DNA of 55,199 bases from a virus (taxonomy: Duplodnaviria > Heunggongvirae > Uroviricota > Caudoviricetes), in the IMG/VR virus record IMGVR_UViG_3300037466_000352; one strand, given 5' to 3'. This document shows positions 32,960-42,389 of this stretch, piece by piece (the stretch's first letter is position 1; the number at the start of each line of letters is the position of its first letter). Position numbers and translations under genes: made by a program. The notes under the pieces are model-generated. The model was not told the origin of the DNA, made no database searches, and saw only the letters and a program-made list of their open reading frames with translations.

Positions 32960-33661
32960 ATGACACAATCTCGTTGGGAATTCTCCAAATCTCGATCCAA
33001 GTATCACTTCGACCCGGCCATCGTAGAGGACGATAATCCTCCATTCAAGATAGTGGGTCGGGTCGAAGGTGATCTGGTCAAGCATCTGCAAGCAGCACTC
33101 GCAGCTAATCCCGTCCGGGCGAACGGGTTCAAGAATCGCCTTCAGACCCAGAACGATGTGGAAGACAGACCGTTCACATACGACATGGATCAAGAAGAAT
33201 TACGCACTCTTGGTCTGCATGAGGATCATACCTTTTTCCACAATCTCGTTCCATCAACAGATGTTCTTTTGAAGGTGAGAAACGCGTTCTGTTTCAGGCC
33301 GGAACGCTTTGGTGGTGGATTTCACATCCAGAAGCCGGGAATGATGTTTCCATATCATGTTGATGAAATTCCAAACATCAAAAACAATGATCCGAATCAT
33401 TGGATAGACAAACGTCCCGAAGCAGTCGCACGCCTAGAAATCATGGTCTACGACTGGCAACCGGGTCATGTGTGGGCATACGGGAACACCTATTGGAAGC
33501 AATGGAAGGCTGGCGACATCGCATGGCACAACTGGCGAGATATCCCACACGGTACATGCAACCTCGGTCGCACGGATCGCGTTACCCTTCAGGCAACCGG
33601 TTGGACTACGCCACAAACACTGAACCTCATTCGAAACTGCTTCACTATAGTGAAGCTATAA
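32960..33661 (+). CDS. 2OG-Fe(II) oxygenase-like protein (Asp/Asn beta-hydroxylase-like DSBH fold)
   Basis: PGMMFPYHVD (HxD)...WKAGD...PHGTCN....RVTLQ.TG (distal His, 2OG-binding Arg). Confidence 0.75.
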   Translation: MTQSRWEFSKSRSKYHFDPAIVEDDNPPFKIVGRVEGDLVKHLQAALAANPVRANGFKNRLQTQNDVEDRPFTYDMDQEELRTLGLHEDHTFFHNLVPSTDVLLKVRNAFCFRPERFGGGFHIQKPGMMFPYHVDEIPNIKNNDPNHWIDKRPEAVARLEIMVYDWQPGHVWAYGNTYWKQWKAGDIAWHNWRDIPHGTCNLGRTDRVTLQATGWTTPQTLNLIRNCFTIVKL

Positions 33662-33695
33662 ACGTATATCTGCTTCATCATGATGCAGCAAATCG

Positions 33696-33722
33696 ACCCG
33701 CCCGTGTGGCGGGTTTTCTTTT
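33696..33722 (+). terminator. Rho-independent terminator ending the baseplate/fibre/enzyme operon
   Basis: ACCCGCC-CGTGT-GGCGGGT followed by TTTCTTTT. Confidence 0.85.
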
Positions 33723-33723
33723 G

Positions 33724-33730
33724 CTAAATA
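33724..33730 (+). promoter_or_regulatory. Late promoter (CTAAATA)
   Basis: Directly after the terminator, 40 nt before the ATG of the 2071-aa gene. Confidence 0.85.
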
Positions 33731-33770
33731 GTATCACTGAAAACACAACTATTCCAATTCAAGGAAACAG

Positions 33771-36700
33771 ATGTCAGCCGAACTTTCCACATTCAACGCT
33801 GCACCGTACTATGATGACTACGACGAAGAGAAGAAGTTTTACAAGATTCTCTTCAAGCCGGGTTACTCGGTACAGGCGCGCGAACTGACACAGCTTCAAA
33901 CGATTCTGCAAAAGCAGATTCAACGTCACGGCGACAACATCTTCAAGGATGGCGCAATGGTCGTACCGGGTCAAACCTCGGTCGATACCAACTTCGCCTA
34001 TGTGAAGGTACAGAACTCGTACAACAACGGCACACAGGTCGCAAACTATACCGACAAACTGGTAGGCGCTGTGCTGGTCGGTCAAACCACTGGTGTTACG
34101 GCACAAGTGGTCATGGTCATTCACACGAACTCGGTTGATCCCGAAACCGTCTATGTCAAATACCTTTCGGCGGGCACTGACAAAACGACCAAGGTTTTCT
34201 CAGACAACGAAGTTCTGATCCCACAAGATTCCTCACTCTCGTCGTATGGTCTGCAAGCAATCTCGTCTGGTGCAACAGGCGTAGGTTCGGCTGCATCCAT
34301 CGAGAAGGGCGTCTATTACATTGGCGGATACTTCTGTCTCGTCGAACCACAGACGATCATCCTCGACAAGTACACGAACTCGCCTTCGTATAGCGTAGGT
34401 GTGTCTGTCACGTCAGGCACTATCACGTCTGATGACGATACGTCGCTGCTGGATAACGCTCTGGGTACGTACAACTACAGTGCGCCGGGTGCAGATCGTA
34501 TGCAGATCACATTGACCTTGGACAAGCGTGCCCTCGGTTCGACCAATACGTCGAACTTCGTGCAACTGTTCCAAGTGCAAAACGGTGTGGTGCAAACGAT
34601 GGTTGTGGATACGAACTACAACCTCATTGCCGACACGATGGCACGTCGCACGTACGATCAGGCCGGTGATTACACCGTGACGCCTGCGACGCTCGATGTC
34701 CGCGAACACCGCAACAACAATCGCGGTGCATGGAAGGCCAGCACAACCTACGCAGTAGGCGATGTCGTCACATCCTCGGGCTACACCTATGTGGCAACCG
34801 TGGGCGGTGTGTCTGGTTCGACTGCACCAAATGTCACGACGGGTACACAGGTCGATGGTCAAGTGACATGGACATTCAATGCCAATCCGACCTACAACCG
34901 TGGTGTCTACACGCCGGAACAAGGCGGCGATGCTACGAAGCTGGCGCTCGGTCTGGAACCGATGAAGGCATACGTTCGTGGCTACGAACTGAACAAGGTC
35001 GCTATCGACTGGCTGGCAGTTCCGAAGGCACGTGATACACAATACGCGGAATCCGCACACATCACGACGACCGTAGGTAACTACGTTCTTGTCACGAACG
35101 TCTCGGGTTTGCCGAAAGTCGATCAGTTCACGACAGTAAGCCTCTGTGACCAACTCACGTCCCTCACTGGCACACAAGCCGGTAACGTGGTCGGTACGGC
35201 ACGCGTGCGTCTGTTCGAATACGTCGGTGGCACAATCGGTACGACCTCGGCAGTGTACATGCTTGGTCTGTTCGATGTGAAGATGAACACAGGTAAGAAC
35301 TTCAACACGAATGTGAAGCAGTTCTTCATCAACTATGGTTCAGCACCGTTGAACTTCAGTGCAGACATCTCGCCGGTCACAACACAATTGACTGGTTCGG
35401 TGTCCGCATCATCAAGCACGACTGTGACCGGTAATGGTACTCTGTTCCTTTCGCAACTGAGCGTTGGCGATTACGTCAAGCTGGGTGCGGCTGGTGGTGT
35501 CCACCGGGTGACGGCAATCGCGTCGAATGTCTCGATGACGATTGATGCGTCTACATCTGTCACGAACGAAGCGTTCTGGGTGTATGACACGAAGCTAGTC
35601 GAACCACAAAACAGCGGTACTGTCTTCTCGATGCCGAACTATGCAATCGAGACTGTCCGTTCGTCGGATGGTACGATTGGGACAACGTACACGGTTCAGG
35701 AACGATACACCGCAACGGCCAACTCGTCTGGTGTTGTGACCATTGCAGTGTCGGGTGGTTCGGATACGTTCGCCTCAACGGCCCTGGTGTCGAACTATGT
35801 GGCAGTGGACAATACCAACGGTACGATCCTCTCGCCTGCATCGATCACACTGAACTCGCCATTGAATACGCAAGCCACACTGACCTTCACTGCGTCACAG
35901 GCAAGCCATTCGATCACGGTGATTGCGGCAGTGAATCGTGCTGGTTCGGGTACGGAAAAGACCAAGACCCTGAACACGGGCACATACACCCTGACTACGG
36001 CTGCTACGGCACAACAATCAACGATCAACCTGCCGCAAGCCGATGGCTACAAGCTGGTATCGGTGATGATGGACAGTGGTTCCTTTGCTTCCCCATCGGG
36101 CAGCTACACGAAGGATGTCACGTCCAACTACACGTTCAATGATGGTCAGACGGACTCGTACTATGGTCTGGCATCGATCACACTTAATTCGACGGGCACA
36201 CTGCCGACAGCACCGATTCAGATCACGTACCAGTACTTCACGCATTCGGTGACGGGTGATTACTTCACGGTGAACTCGTACCTATCAACAATGCAGTATG
36301 AAGCCATCCCGTACTTCAACGGTATGCCGCTGCGTGATTGTATCGACTTCCGTCCGCGTATCAGCACGAACGGCGCAGACTTTGTGTCCTCGGGTGCAAT
36401 CGCGAACGGTGTGCCGGTACGTGGCTACGATGTCATCACGAACTACACGTTCTATCTTGGTCGCAAGGACAAACTCGCCCTTGCACAAGACGGTACGTTC
36501 TTTGACGTGCGTGGTGTGTCATCAACAAGTCCCTCTCTGCCGGATGATCCGTCAACGGCAATGGTGCTGTTCCAGATCGGTCTTGAACCGTACACGTTTG
36601 GGACTGCATCGTCGAACGTGTCTGTGACCACGATTGACAACAAGCGCTACACGATGCGCGACATTGGTGCAATCGACAAGCGGGTGACGAACCTTGAATA

Positions 36701-39700
36701 CTACACGTCGCTGTCGCTGTTGGAACAACAAACCACGTCGATGAACATCACTGACAGCACTGGTTTGACGCGCTATCAGAATGGCTTCATTGTCGATTCG
36801 TTCAATGGTCATGGTGTGGGTAATGCGTCCAACCCTGATTACATGTGTTCGATTGACATGACGAACAACATGCTGCGCCCGTTCTTCTCGATGGAGAACA
36901 TCAACCTGATCGAGAACAACACGTCGGATGCACAACGTTCGGCGGCTGGCTATCAGGTGACGGGTGATGTCGTGACCCTGCCGTACTCACAAGTGTCACT
37001 CATCTCGCAGCCGTATGCGTCGGAATATGTGAACGTCAACCCGTTCGCGGTATATGCGTTCATCGGTCACACGGACCTTACACCGTCTTCGGACGAATGG
37101 TTCGACACGTATCAACTGCCAGACATCGTGACCAACGTTGATGGCAACTTCAACACCATCCTGACCATCGCACAAAATGCGGGTGTTCTGGGTACGGTGT
37201 GGAATGCGTGGCAAACACAATGGACCGGTGCAAGCACGAACACGACTACTACGTACAACTATGGTGTCCACACCAACACGGTGTCGATCAATGGTGGTCC
37301 TTTGCAAGCACGTGCTGCAACTGATGACCAATACCATGCACGTACGTTGGTTACTGAGACTACGGCAACGACGATTGGACAATCACGCACGGGTATCAAC
37401 ACACAGATCGTCCCGCAAATCACGAACACCGTGACTTCGGATAACGTTGTGGCCCAAGCAGTGATCCCGTACATCCGGGCACGTAACGTTCAGTTCTTGT
37501 CGCGTGGTCTAAAGCCGAACACGACGTTCTACCCGTTCTTTGATGGCACATCGGTTTCGGCCTATGTGACACCTTCAACGGCATTGACGTACACAGCAGT
37601 CACGGGTTTCACATCGACGTTTGACTATCAGTCCAATGTCGGTGGTCTGGCAGACGAGTTCGCACGTCAGATCAGCGGTAACAGCAACAACGCCCTCGAT
37701 GCTGGCGATGTGGTTTATGTGGTTCAACGTGGTGCGACATCGTACACACTCTCGACCTCACCGGCCACGGCAGTCGTGGGTATTCAGGAAGTCCACTCGG
37801 ACGGCACATTGCAACTGCAAGTGTTGAATGTGAAGGGCACGTTCCAGTCAGGTGACATCATCTCGGGTACGTTGTCCAATGCACGCGGCACATTGACTGT
37901 TGCGCCGACTGTGGCAACTGAAGGTAGCGCTCTGGTTTCTAACTTCAATGGCGACATCGTTGGTCTGTTCCAAATCCCTGATGATGCCTCGCTGAAGTTC
38001 CGTACGGGCACTCGCGAATTCAAGGTGACGGATAGTGCAACGAATGGGACGGATACAACGTCTCACGCCTCGGTGCAATACACGGCAACTGGTATCCTGC
38101 AAACGAAGCAAGCGTATGTGACATCGACGCGTAATGCACAGATCGTTCAGACGCAAGTTTCGCAGACGCAGACCGTGGTTCAGACATCAACTTCGGTTGT
38201 GTCGGATACGGGTTGGTGGGACCCACTTGCCGAAACGTTCCTGGTGCAATCAACGGATGGTGCATTCCTGACCTCGGTTGACCTGTACTTCCAGTCGAAA
38301 GACACGAACATCCCTGTTCAGGTCGAAATTCGTGATGTGGTGAATGGCTATCCGGGCACCAATGTCCTGCCGTTCTCACACACAGTGTTGACACCAGACA
38401 AGGTGAATGTGTCGCAAGACGCAAGCGTGGCAACTCGTTTCACGTTCGAATCGCCGGTCTATGTGAACGACGGTACGTCCTATGCCCTGGTCGTGATGTC
38501 CGATTCCAATGCGTACAACGTATGGATCGCGACGCTGGGTGAGAAGGTCGTGAACTCGGACAACTACATCTCGGAACAACCGTACACGGGCGTGATGTTC
38601 GAATCACAGAATGCCTCGACCTGGACGGCCAACCAGAATAGTGACCTGAAGTTCCAGATCAATCGCGCAAAGTTCGTCACTGGTCAGTATGGTGAAGTTG
38701 AGTTTGTCAATGCACAAACCGATCTACATGCACTGAGTGCAGCACCGTTCGAGACTGCAACAGGTTCGAATATGGTTCGTGTGTTCGATCAGAATCACGG
38801 CAACCCGACCGGTTCGTCGGTGACGATCAGCGGCGTGACGGCGGCAGTGAACGGTATCCCGGCTGCAAACCTGAATGGCACGTTCACGGTCAGCAACGTT
38901 GAACTTGATAGCTACACAATCACGACAGCCACGAATGCAGCATCCTCGGGTCTGGCGGGTAACAGCGGCATCTATGCGACGGCCAACGTCACGTATGACA
39001 CGATTCAGCCAGTAGTGCAGGCACAATCGTTCACTGACACGACGAGCGCATGGTACATCAAGACGACGACGGGTCAGACGCCGCGTGGTGGTACGGAAAC
39101 ACCGTACGTACTGGATACGACGTACTTCCCAGTCGTGGTGAACGACAACAACGACATCGGCAACACGTGTCTGGTTGCATCGGCCCCGAACCAATCGGCT
39201 TCTGTCCTCGCGGGTAGCAAGTCGCTGTGGCTGAAGGGTCAACTGTACACAGCTAATGATGCGGTATCGCCGTTCATCGATATGCACCGTATGTCGGCCA
39301 TCTGTGTGCGCAACCGAATCGGTACGGCAACACTGGCAAACACTAACGTGGCATCGCTGGATGACGTGACTGTGTTGAACAACAACACGGCTACGGCGTT
39401 CTCTGGGAACCAGATCACCACAACGGATGCAGCAACAAAGCAAACTCTGTTGTCGATCATCCCTGGGACGTACGTTACGATCAGTGGTTCTGCGTCGAAC
39501 AACGGTACATGGTTGACGCAATCGGTGGCAAGTGACGGTAGTTCGGTAACTTTCGCCAATACGTTCGTCACGGCTGCTGCTGGTGCAGGTATTACCCTGG
39601 TGATGCACAGCCAGTTCGTGGATGAAACGGGACCGGTTGGTTCAACCTCGGTCAGCAAGTATGTGTCTAAGAAGGTCAACTTCGCAAACACATCGACGTA

Positions 39701-39986
39701 CCTTCGGGTACAAATGGCCCTGGCGGTTCCTCCTGCCGCGAATGTCTTGGTGTACTACAAGGCAAACCCGGCTGGTCAAACGACTGGTTTCGATGCACAG
39801 CCTTACGTGCTTCTGAACCCTGACGCGGCCATCAAGAAGACCACGAACCAGACGTTCACTGACACGTCATACAGTCTGTCCGGTATGTCAGCGTTCGATG
39901 CGATCCAGATCAAGATCGTGATGCAGTCCACGGACTCGTCACAAGTTCCTCTGGTCAAGGACCTTCGCATCATCGCCTGCGCTTAA
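33771..39986 (+). CDS. Large VrlC/DUF4815-like baseplate/tail structural protein (2071 aa)
   Basis: PYYDDYDE.K.FY.ILFKPG..VQARELTQLQ..LQ.QI, R.NGF.VD.F..H, DPLAETF, LTSVDLYF..KD, WTA.Q..DLKF, P.VKDLR.IA. Confidence 0.85.
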   Translation: MSAELSTFNAAPYYDDYDEEKKFYKILFKPGYSVQARELTQLQTILQKQIQRHGDNIFKDGAMVVPGQTSVDTNFAYVKVQNSYNNGTQVANYTDKLVGAVLVGQTTGVTAQVVMVIHTNSVDPETVYVKYLSAGTDKTTKVFSDNEVLIPQDSSLSSYGLQAISSGATGVGSAASIEKGVYYIGGYFCLVEPQTIILDKYTNSPSYSVGVSVTSGTITSDDDTSLLDNALGTYNYSAPGADRMQITLTLDKRALGSTNTSNFVQLFQVQNGVVQTMVVDTNYNLIADTMARRTYDQAGDYTVTPATLDVREHRNNNRGAWKASTTYAVGDVVTSSGYTYVATVGGVSGSTAPNVTTGTQVDGQVTWTFNANPTYNRGVYTPEQGGDATKLALGLEPMKAYVRGYELNKVAIDWLAVPKARDTQYAESAHITTTVGNYVLVTNVSGLPKVDQFTTVSLCDQLTSLTGTQAGNVVGTARVRLFEYVGGTIGTTSAVYMLGLFDVKMNTGKNFNTNVKQFFINYGSAPLNFSADISPVTTQLTGSVSASSSTTVTGNGTLFLSQLSVGDYVKLGAAGGVHRVTAIASNVSMTIDASTSVTNEAFWVYDTKLVEPQNSGTVFSMPNYAIETVRSSDGTIGTTYTVQERYTATANSSGVVTIAVSGGSDTFASTALVSNYVAVDNTNGTILSPASITLNSPLNTQATLTFTASQASHSITVIAAVNRAGSGTEKTKTLNTGTYTLTTAATAQQSTINLPQADGYKLVSVMMDSGSFASPSGSYTKDVTSNYTFNDGQTDSYYGLASITLNSTGTLPTAPIQITYQYFTHSVTGDYFTVNSYLSTMQYEAIPYFNGMPLRDCIDFRPRISTNGADFVSSGAIANGVPVRGYDVITNYTFYLGRKDKLALAQDGTFFDVRGVSSTSPSLPDDPSTAMVLFQIGLEPYTFGTASSNVSVTTIDNKRYTMRDIGAIDKRVTNLEYYTSLSLLEQQTTSMNITDSTGLTRYQNGFIVDSFNGHGVGNASNPDYMCSIDMTNNMLRPFFSMENINLIENNTSDAQRSAAGYQVTGDVVTLPYSQVSLISQPYASEYVNVNPFAVYAFIGHTDLTPSSDEWFDTYQLPDIVTNVDGNFNTILTIAQNAGVLGTVWNAWQTQWTGASTNTTTTYNYGVHTNTVSINGGPLQARAATDDQYHARTLVTETTATTIGQSRTGINTQIVPQITNTVTSDNVVAQAVIPYIRARNVQFLSRGLKPNTTFYPFFDGTSVSAYVTPSTALTYTAVTGFTSTFDYQSNVGGLADEFARQISGNSNNALDAGDVVYVVQRGATSYTLSTSPATAVVGIQEVHSDGTLQLQVLNVKGTFQSGDIISGTLSNARGTLTVAPTVATEGSALVSNFNGDIVGLFQIPDDASLKFRTGTREFKVTDSATNGTDTTSHASVQYTATGILQTKQAYVTSTRNAQIVQTQVSQTQTVVQTSTSVVSDTGWWDPLAETFLVQSTDGAFLTSVDLYFQSKDTNIPVQVEIRDVVNGYPGTNVLPFSHTVLTPDKVNVSQDASVATRFTFESPVYVNDGTSYALVVMSDSNAYNVWIATLGEKVVNSDNYISEQPYTGVMFESQNASTWTANQNSDLKFQINRAKFVTGQYGEVEFVNAQTDLHALSAAPFETATGSNMVRVFDQNHGNPTGSSVTISGVTAAVNGIPAANLNGTFTVSNVELDSYTITTATNAASSGLAGNSGIYATANVTYDTIQPVVQAQSFTDTTSAWYIKTTTGQTPRGGTETPYVLDTTYFPVVVNDNNDIGNTCLVASAPNQSASVLAGSKSLWLKGQLYTANDAVSPFIDMHRMSAICVRNRIGTATLANTNVASLDDVTVLNNNTATAFSGNQITTTDAATKQTLLSIIPGTYVTISGSASNNGTWLTQSVASDGSSVTFANTFVTAAAGAGITLVMHSQFVDETGPVGSTSVSKYVSKKVNFANTSTYLRVQMALAVPPAANVLVYYKANPAGQTTGFDAQPYVLLNPDAAIKKTTNQTFTDTSYSLSGMSAFDAIQIKIVMQSTDSSQVPLVKDLRIIACA

Positions 39987-40000
39987 TTGAGGGAAACATC

Positions 40001-40231
40001 GTGACCGATTACGTCAAAGTAGCCGGTCACGATGGCCTTGTGCGTGACCGTACGACCGGGGCCATCGTGAACACCAACCGGGCTGACTATGAAGCCTACA
40101 TCGCGCGGCGTGATGCAGCGCTGAAGCGTCAGCAACAAGTCGATAAACATGAGGAAGAGCTAAATACTATCAAGGCAGATATTGCCGAAATAAAGCAACT
40201 TCTTCTGGCAGTTCTCAAACATGGCGGCTGA
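40001..40231 (+). CDS. Small T4-like virion-region protein (76 aa)
   Basis: GAGGGA RBS, GTG start; KV.GHDGLVRD..TGAI.N + coiled coil. Confidence 0.8.
   Translation: MTDYVKVAGHDGLVRDRTTGAIVNTNRADYEAYIARRDAALKRQQQVDKHEEELNTIKADIAEIKQLLLAVLKHGG
40160..40166 (+). promoter_or_regulatory. Probable internal late promoter (CTAAATA)
   Basis: Consensus site 55 nt upstream of the 40221 ATG. Confidence 0.55.
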
Positions 40232-40553
40232 ATACAACCTCTACATCGATCAGGGCGTCACATTTTCCACGGAAATTACCATCACTGATGATAATGGTAT
40301 TCCCGTGGATTTGTCACAAGCTACGCTCGCATCACAGGTGCGAAAGTCGTACACGTCCACGGTGTCATATCCGTTCACGATCACGGTAAATGATCCAACC
40401 ACGGGTACTGTCATCTTGTCTATGACTGCGACACAAACCGCATCGATGGCAGCGGGCCGCTATGTCTATGACGCGCAATACAACATCAACGGAACTGTGA
40501 CACGATTCCTCAAAGGTCTGGTCACAATCTTTCCTGCGGTTACACAGACATGA
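40221..40553 (+). CDS. BppU-N/Ig-like fibre attachment adaptor (110 aa)
   Basis: L.IDQG.TF...I...DL......QVRK...G.V.LS.T..QT.....GRYVYD motif. Confidence 0.7.
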   Translation: MAAEYNLYIDQGVTFSTEITITDDNGIPVDLSQATLASQVRKSYTSTVSYPFTITVNDPTTGTVILSMTATQTASMAAGRYVYDAQYNINGTVTRFLKGLVTIFPAVTQT

Positions 40554-40834
40554 AAGTAACAGTCAATCAATCATCGCCGGTCAATGTCTCGGTTCGTGGT
40601 TCACAGACAACCTTGAATGCCACGGTGGACGCTACAGGTCCACAAGGGCCAAAGGGTGATCCTGGTTCTACCGGTCCTGCCGGTGCGAACGGTCTTTCAC
40701 TACTGTCTGCCGCAACAGACGTTGACGTTACAAACATCACTGACGGTGCGCTTCTAATCTTCAATGAAGGGAATGGGAAGTGGACTGCGGGCACTATGCT
40801 TGAAAGTCAGTACATCGAAGGGGGTCACTTCTAA
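40550..40834 (+). CDS. Small structural protein with a short collagen-like tract
   Basis: GPQGPKGDPGSTGPAGANG (G-X-Y)n; C-terminal GGHF motif. Confidence 0.75.
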   Translation: MKVTVNQSSPVNVSVRGSQTTLNATVDATGPQGPKGDPGSTGPAGANGLSLLSAATDVDVTNITDGALLIFNEGNGKWTAGTMLESQYIEGGHF

Positions 40835-42246
40835 TGTCAACAGTCATTCGTATCAAACGTTCGTCAGTAGCCGGTAATCCGCCAACCTTGGCGGCTGGTG
40901 AACTGGCGTATTCTGCATTGCCTGATAACGGGTCGAATGGCGGGGACCGCCTATACATCGGCTTCGGTACTGAAACAGCGGGTAATGCTGCACAACACTT
41001 GGTCATTGGTGGTGTTCGATACACATCAATGATCGATGCTGCAACACCGAACAATACTGCATCAACCCTTGTAATGCGTGACGCATCGGGCAACATCTCG
41101 GTCACACAGATCACGGGTTCGTTGCATGGCAATGCCGACACTGCTACCAAGCTGCTGAATGCACGAAGCATCAACCTGACGGGTCCGATCACGGGCACTG
41201 TCTCGTTTGATGGTACGTCTGATGTCAACATTGCGACGACGATTCAACCGACGACGATTCCGACGTTTGCGGGTCAAACACTGACCGGCAACCTGAACAT
41301 GTCGGGCAACTCGATCACGAACCTCGCTGATCCTGTGAACCCGCAAGATGCAGCCACAAAGAACTATGTGGATGCGTCACGTTCTGGCCTCTCGGTGAAG
41401 GCATCGGTTCGTGTGGCAACGACGGGTGCGAATATCACGCTGTCGGGTCTGCAAACGATTGATGGTATCTCGCTGAATGCGGGTGATCGTGTTCTGGTGA
41501 AGGATCAGACGGACCAGACCCAGAACGGCATCTATAACGCCGCAGCGGGTACGTGGTCACGTTCTAGCGATGCGAACTCGTCGTCCACACTCGTTCCTGG
41601 TGTGTTCACGTTCGTGGAAGCCGGTACGCTGAATGCTGACCAAGGTTTCGTCATTGTCAATCAAAGTTCGATCACGATTGGCACGACGGCTATTACCTTC
41701 ACGCAGTTCTCGGGTACGGGTGACTTCACGGTTGGTGCTGGTCTGGTTAAGAACGGTAACAGCCTGGACATCAATCCAACCTATGTCGGCCAGACCTCGA
41801 TCACTACCCTCGGGACGATCACGACTGGTACATGGCAAGGCAGTGTAGTTGCGCCTGCCTATGGTGGTACTGGCGTCAACAATGGCACATCGACGATCAC
41901 GGTTGGCGGCAATGTTACCTTCAGCGGCGCATTTGCAACCACTATCAACGTCACGGGTACAACGAACGTCACGTTGCCAACCTCGGGCACACTGGTCAAT
42001 ACACAAGTCGCTACGCTGTCGAATCTGTCATCGATTGGTACGATCACGACAGGTGTGTGGCAAGGTACACCGGTTGCAGCAGCATACGGCGGTACAGGTC
42101 AATCGACCTATGCCGTGGGTGACATCCTGGTCGCCACGTCATCAACGACCCTGACACGTCTGGCAGTCAGTGCAACAGCGGGACAAGTCCTTCAATCCAA
42201 TGGCACCACAGTTGTCTATGGTGACGTGGATGGTGGCACATACTGA
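40834..42246 (+). CDS. Tail fibre protein (Mtd_N/hyaluronidase-N-like N-terminus)
   Basis: IRIKRSS....P..L..GELAY...LYIG; DAATKNYVD; VRVAT...LSGLQTIDG..L..GDRVLVKDQ..QNGIY. Confidence 0.8.
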   Translation: MSTVIRIKRSSVAGNPPTLAAGELAYSALPDNGSNGGDRLYIGFGTETAGNAAQHLVIGGVRYTSMIDAATPNNTASTLVMRDASGNISVTQITGSLHGNADTATKLLNARSINLTGPITGTVSFDGTSDVNIATTIQPTTIPTFAGQTLTGNLNMSGNSITNLADPVNPQDAATKNYVDASRSGLSVKASVRVATTGANITLSGLQTIDGISLNAGDRVLVKDQTDQTQNGIYNAAAGTWSRSSDANSSSTLVPGVFTFVEAGTLNADQGFVIVNQSSITIGTTAITFTQFSGTGDFTVGAGLVKNGNSLDINPTYVGQTSITTLGTITTGTWQGSVVAPAYGGTGVNNGTSTITVGGNVTFSGAFATTINVTGTTNVTLPTSGTLVNTQVATLSNLSSIGTITTGVWQGTPVAAAYGGTGQSTYAVGDILVATSSTTLTRLAVSATAGQVLQSNGTTVVYGDVDGGTY

Positions 42247-42250
42247 TCCC

Positions 42251-42258
42251 GATAAATA
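42251..42258 (+). promoter_or_regulatory. Probable late promoter (GATAAATA)
   Basis: GATAAATAGATGATATAG nearly matches the gp2 promoter context GATAAATATCTGATATAG. Confidence 0.6.
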
Positions 42259-42272
42259 GATGATATAGAAAC

Positions 42273-42305
42273 ACGCCCTGTCTCTACAGGGCGTTTCCGT
42301 TTTTA
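42273..42305 (+). terminator. Terminator-like hairpin
   Basis: ACGCCCTGT-CTCT-ACAGGGCGT then TTCCGTTTTT. Confidence 0.7.
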
Positions 42306-42389
42306 CGGTCCTCTTTGTTCAACTTTTGAACGTGTTCACGCAACGTGAACAAGAGGAAAAACTGTACATACAGACACAAGGATGAACTC

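Noticed and set aside
30880-33661. Complete lasso-peptide cluster
   Set aside because: No short precursor with a Thr(-2) leader and no transglutaminase-like B2 protease were found. Only the cyclase-like fold is shared.
34413-39608. Long antisense ORFs (254 aa at 34413-35177, 294 aa at 38724-39608 and others) in the VrlC-like gene
   Set aside because: Typical stop-poor reverse frames of Thr/Ser/Gly-rich genes; no recognisable motifs.
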